DNA from: Yuukianura sp. NJ FZ-2021
Lineage: Eukaryota
Assembly (NCBI GenBank): GCA_046563655.1
Contig: CM102284.1
Location: 2,480,001-2,544,000 of the forward strand
DNA: 64,000 nt
Reading direction: 5' to 3'
The number at the start of each line of letters is the position of its first letter. Position 1 is the first letter of the stretch. Positions 63,698 to 64,000 of the stretch are shown here, one piece after another. The notes under the pieces were generated by a model. The model had not been told where the DNA came from. It did no database searches and worked only from the letters and a program-made list of their open reading frames with translations. The position numbers were made by a program, and so were the translations under genes.

Positions 63698-64000
63698 CTA
63701 GGAATGGCCAATTTTTGGTTCTGCGCTTGAAATGGTCGTCGTATGTTTACCAGCGGCGGCTCTCAGAAGTTGTGATTTGCGCAAGCGTAGCAAATTTCTT
63801 TCAAGCATGGTCACCGTAACTCTTCCTACAGAGTTGACCACCACGGATGCCTTTGTGGCAATGTCATCTTCAAAGTTCTTTTCACTCGAAAAGTTAATGG
63901 CAATCAAGCCATCTTTCAGTGCCGATGTACGCACTTTGTAGTCTTTGCTTGGAACACCCGTAATCACCACGTCAGCTATTGGTAAAATCTCATCCACGGT
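63698..64000 (-). CDS. C-terminal part of an NAD-dependent methylenetetrahydrofolate dehydrogenase (yeast Mtd1-type); continues beyond the window
   Basis: DVVITGVPSKDYKV..LKDG..AINFSSEKNFEDDI..KAS..VGRVTVTMLERNLLRL closely follows the C-terminus of Mtd1-type enzymes. Confidence 0.8.
   Translation of the reverse strand, partial: TVDEILPIADVVITGVPSKDYKVRTSALKDGLIAINFSSEKNFEDDIATKASVVVNSVGRVTVTMLERNLLRLRKSQLLRAAAGKHTTTISSAEPKIGHS

Overview
AT-rich eukaryotic genomic DNA with many short (about 50-250 bp) GT-AG introns. The gene content (Dscam, expanded gustatory-receptor-like 7TM genes, microbial-type enzymes carrying introns) suggests an arthropod, possibly a springtail; the taxon is an inference. 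In order along the window: three tandem paralogues encoding a predicted type II membrane protein with a Thr/Pro mucin-like stalk and a C-terminal dsRBD-like domain; a type I Baeyer-Villiger-like flavin monooxygenase next to a microbial-type class I terpene synthase; an MDP-1 HAD phosphatase; two GR-like paralogues, one interrupted by an ORF1-only non-LTR element; a hAT-type MITE containing an 11-bp minisatellite; a Dscam gene with two tandem Ig7-type exons; a single GR-like gene; two convergent ciliary coiled-coil genes; a tandemly duplicated divergent GR-like pair, with one copy hit by a solo LTR; a TMEM272-like gene; and the 3' end of a yeast MTD1-type dehydrogenase. The strongest novelty candidates are the membrane-anchored, apparently exoplasmic dsRBD family and the terpene synthase plus BVMO pair. 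All gene models were spliced by eye and family calls rest on recalled motifs, not database searches.
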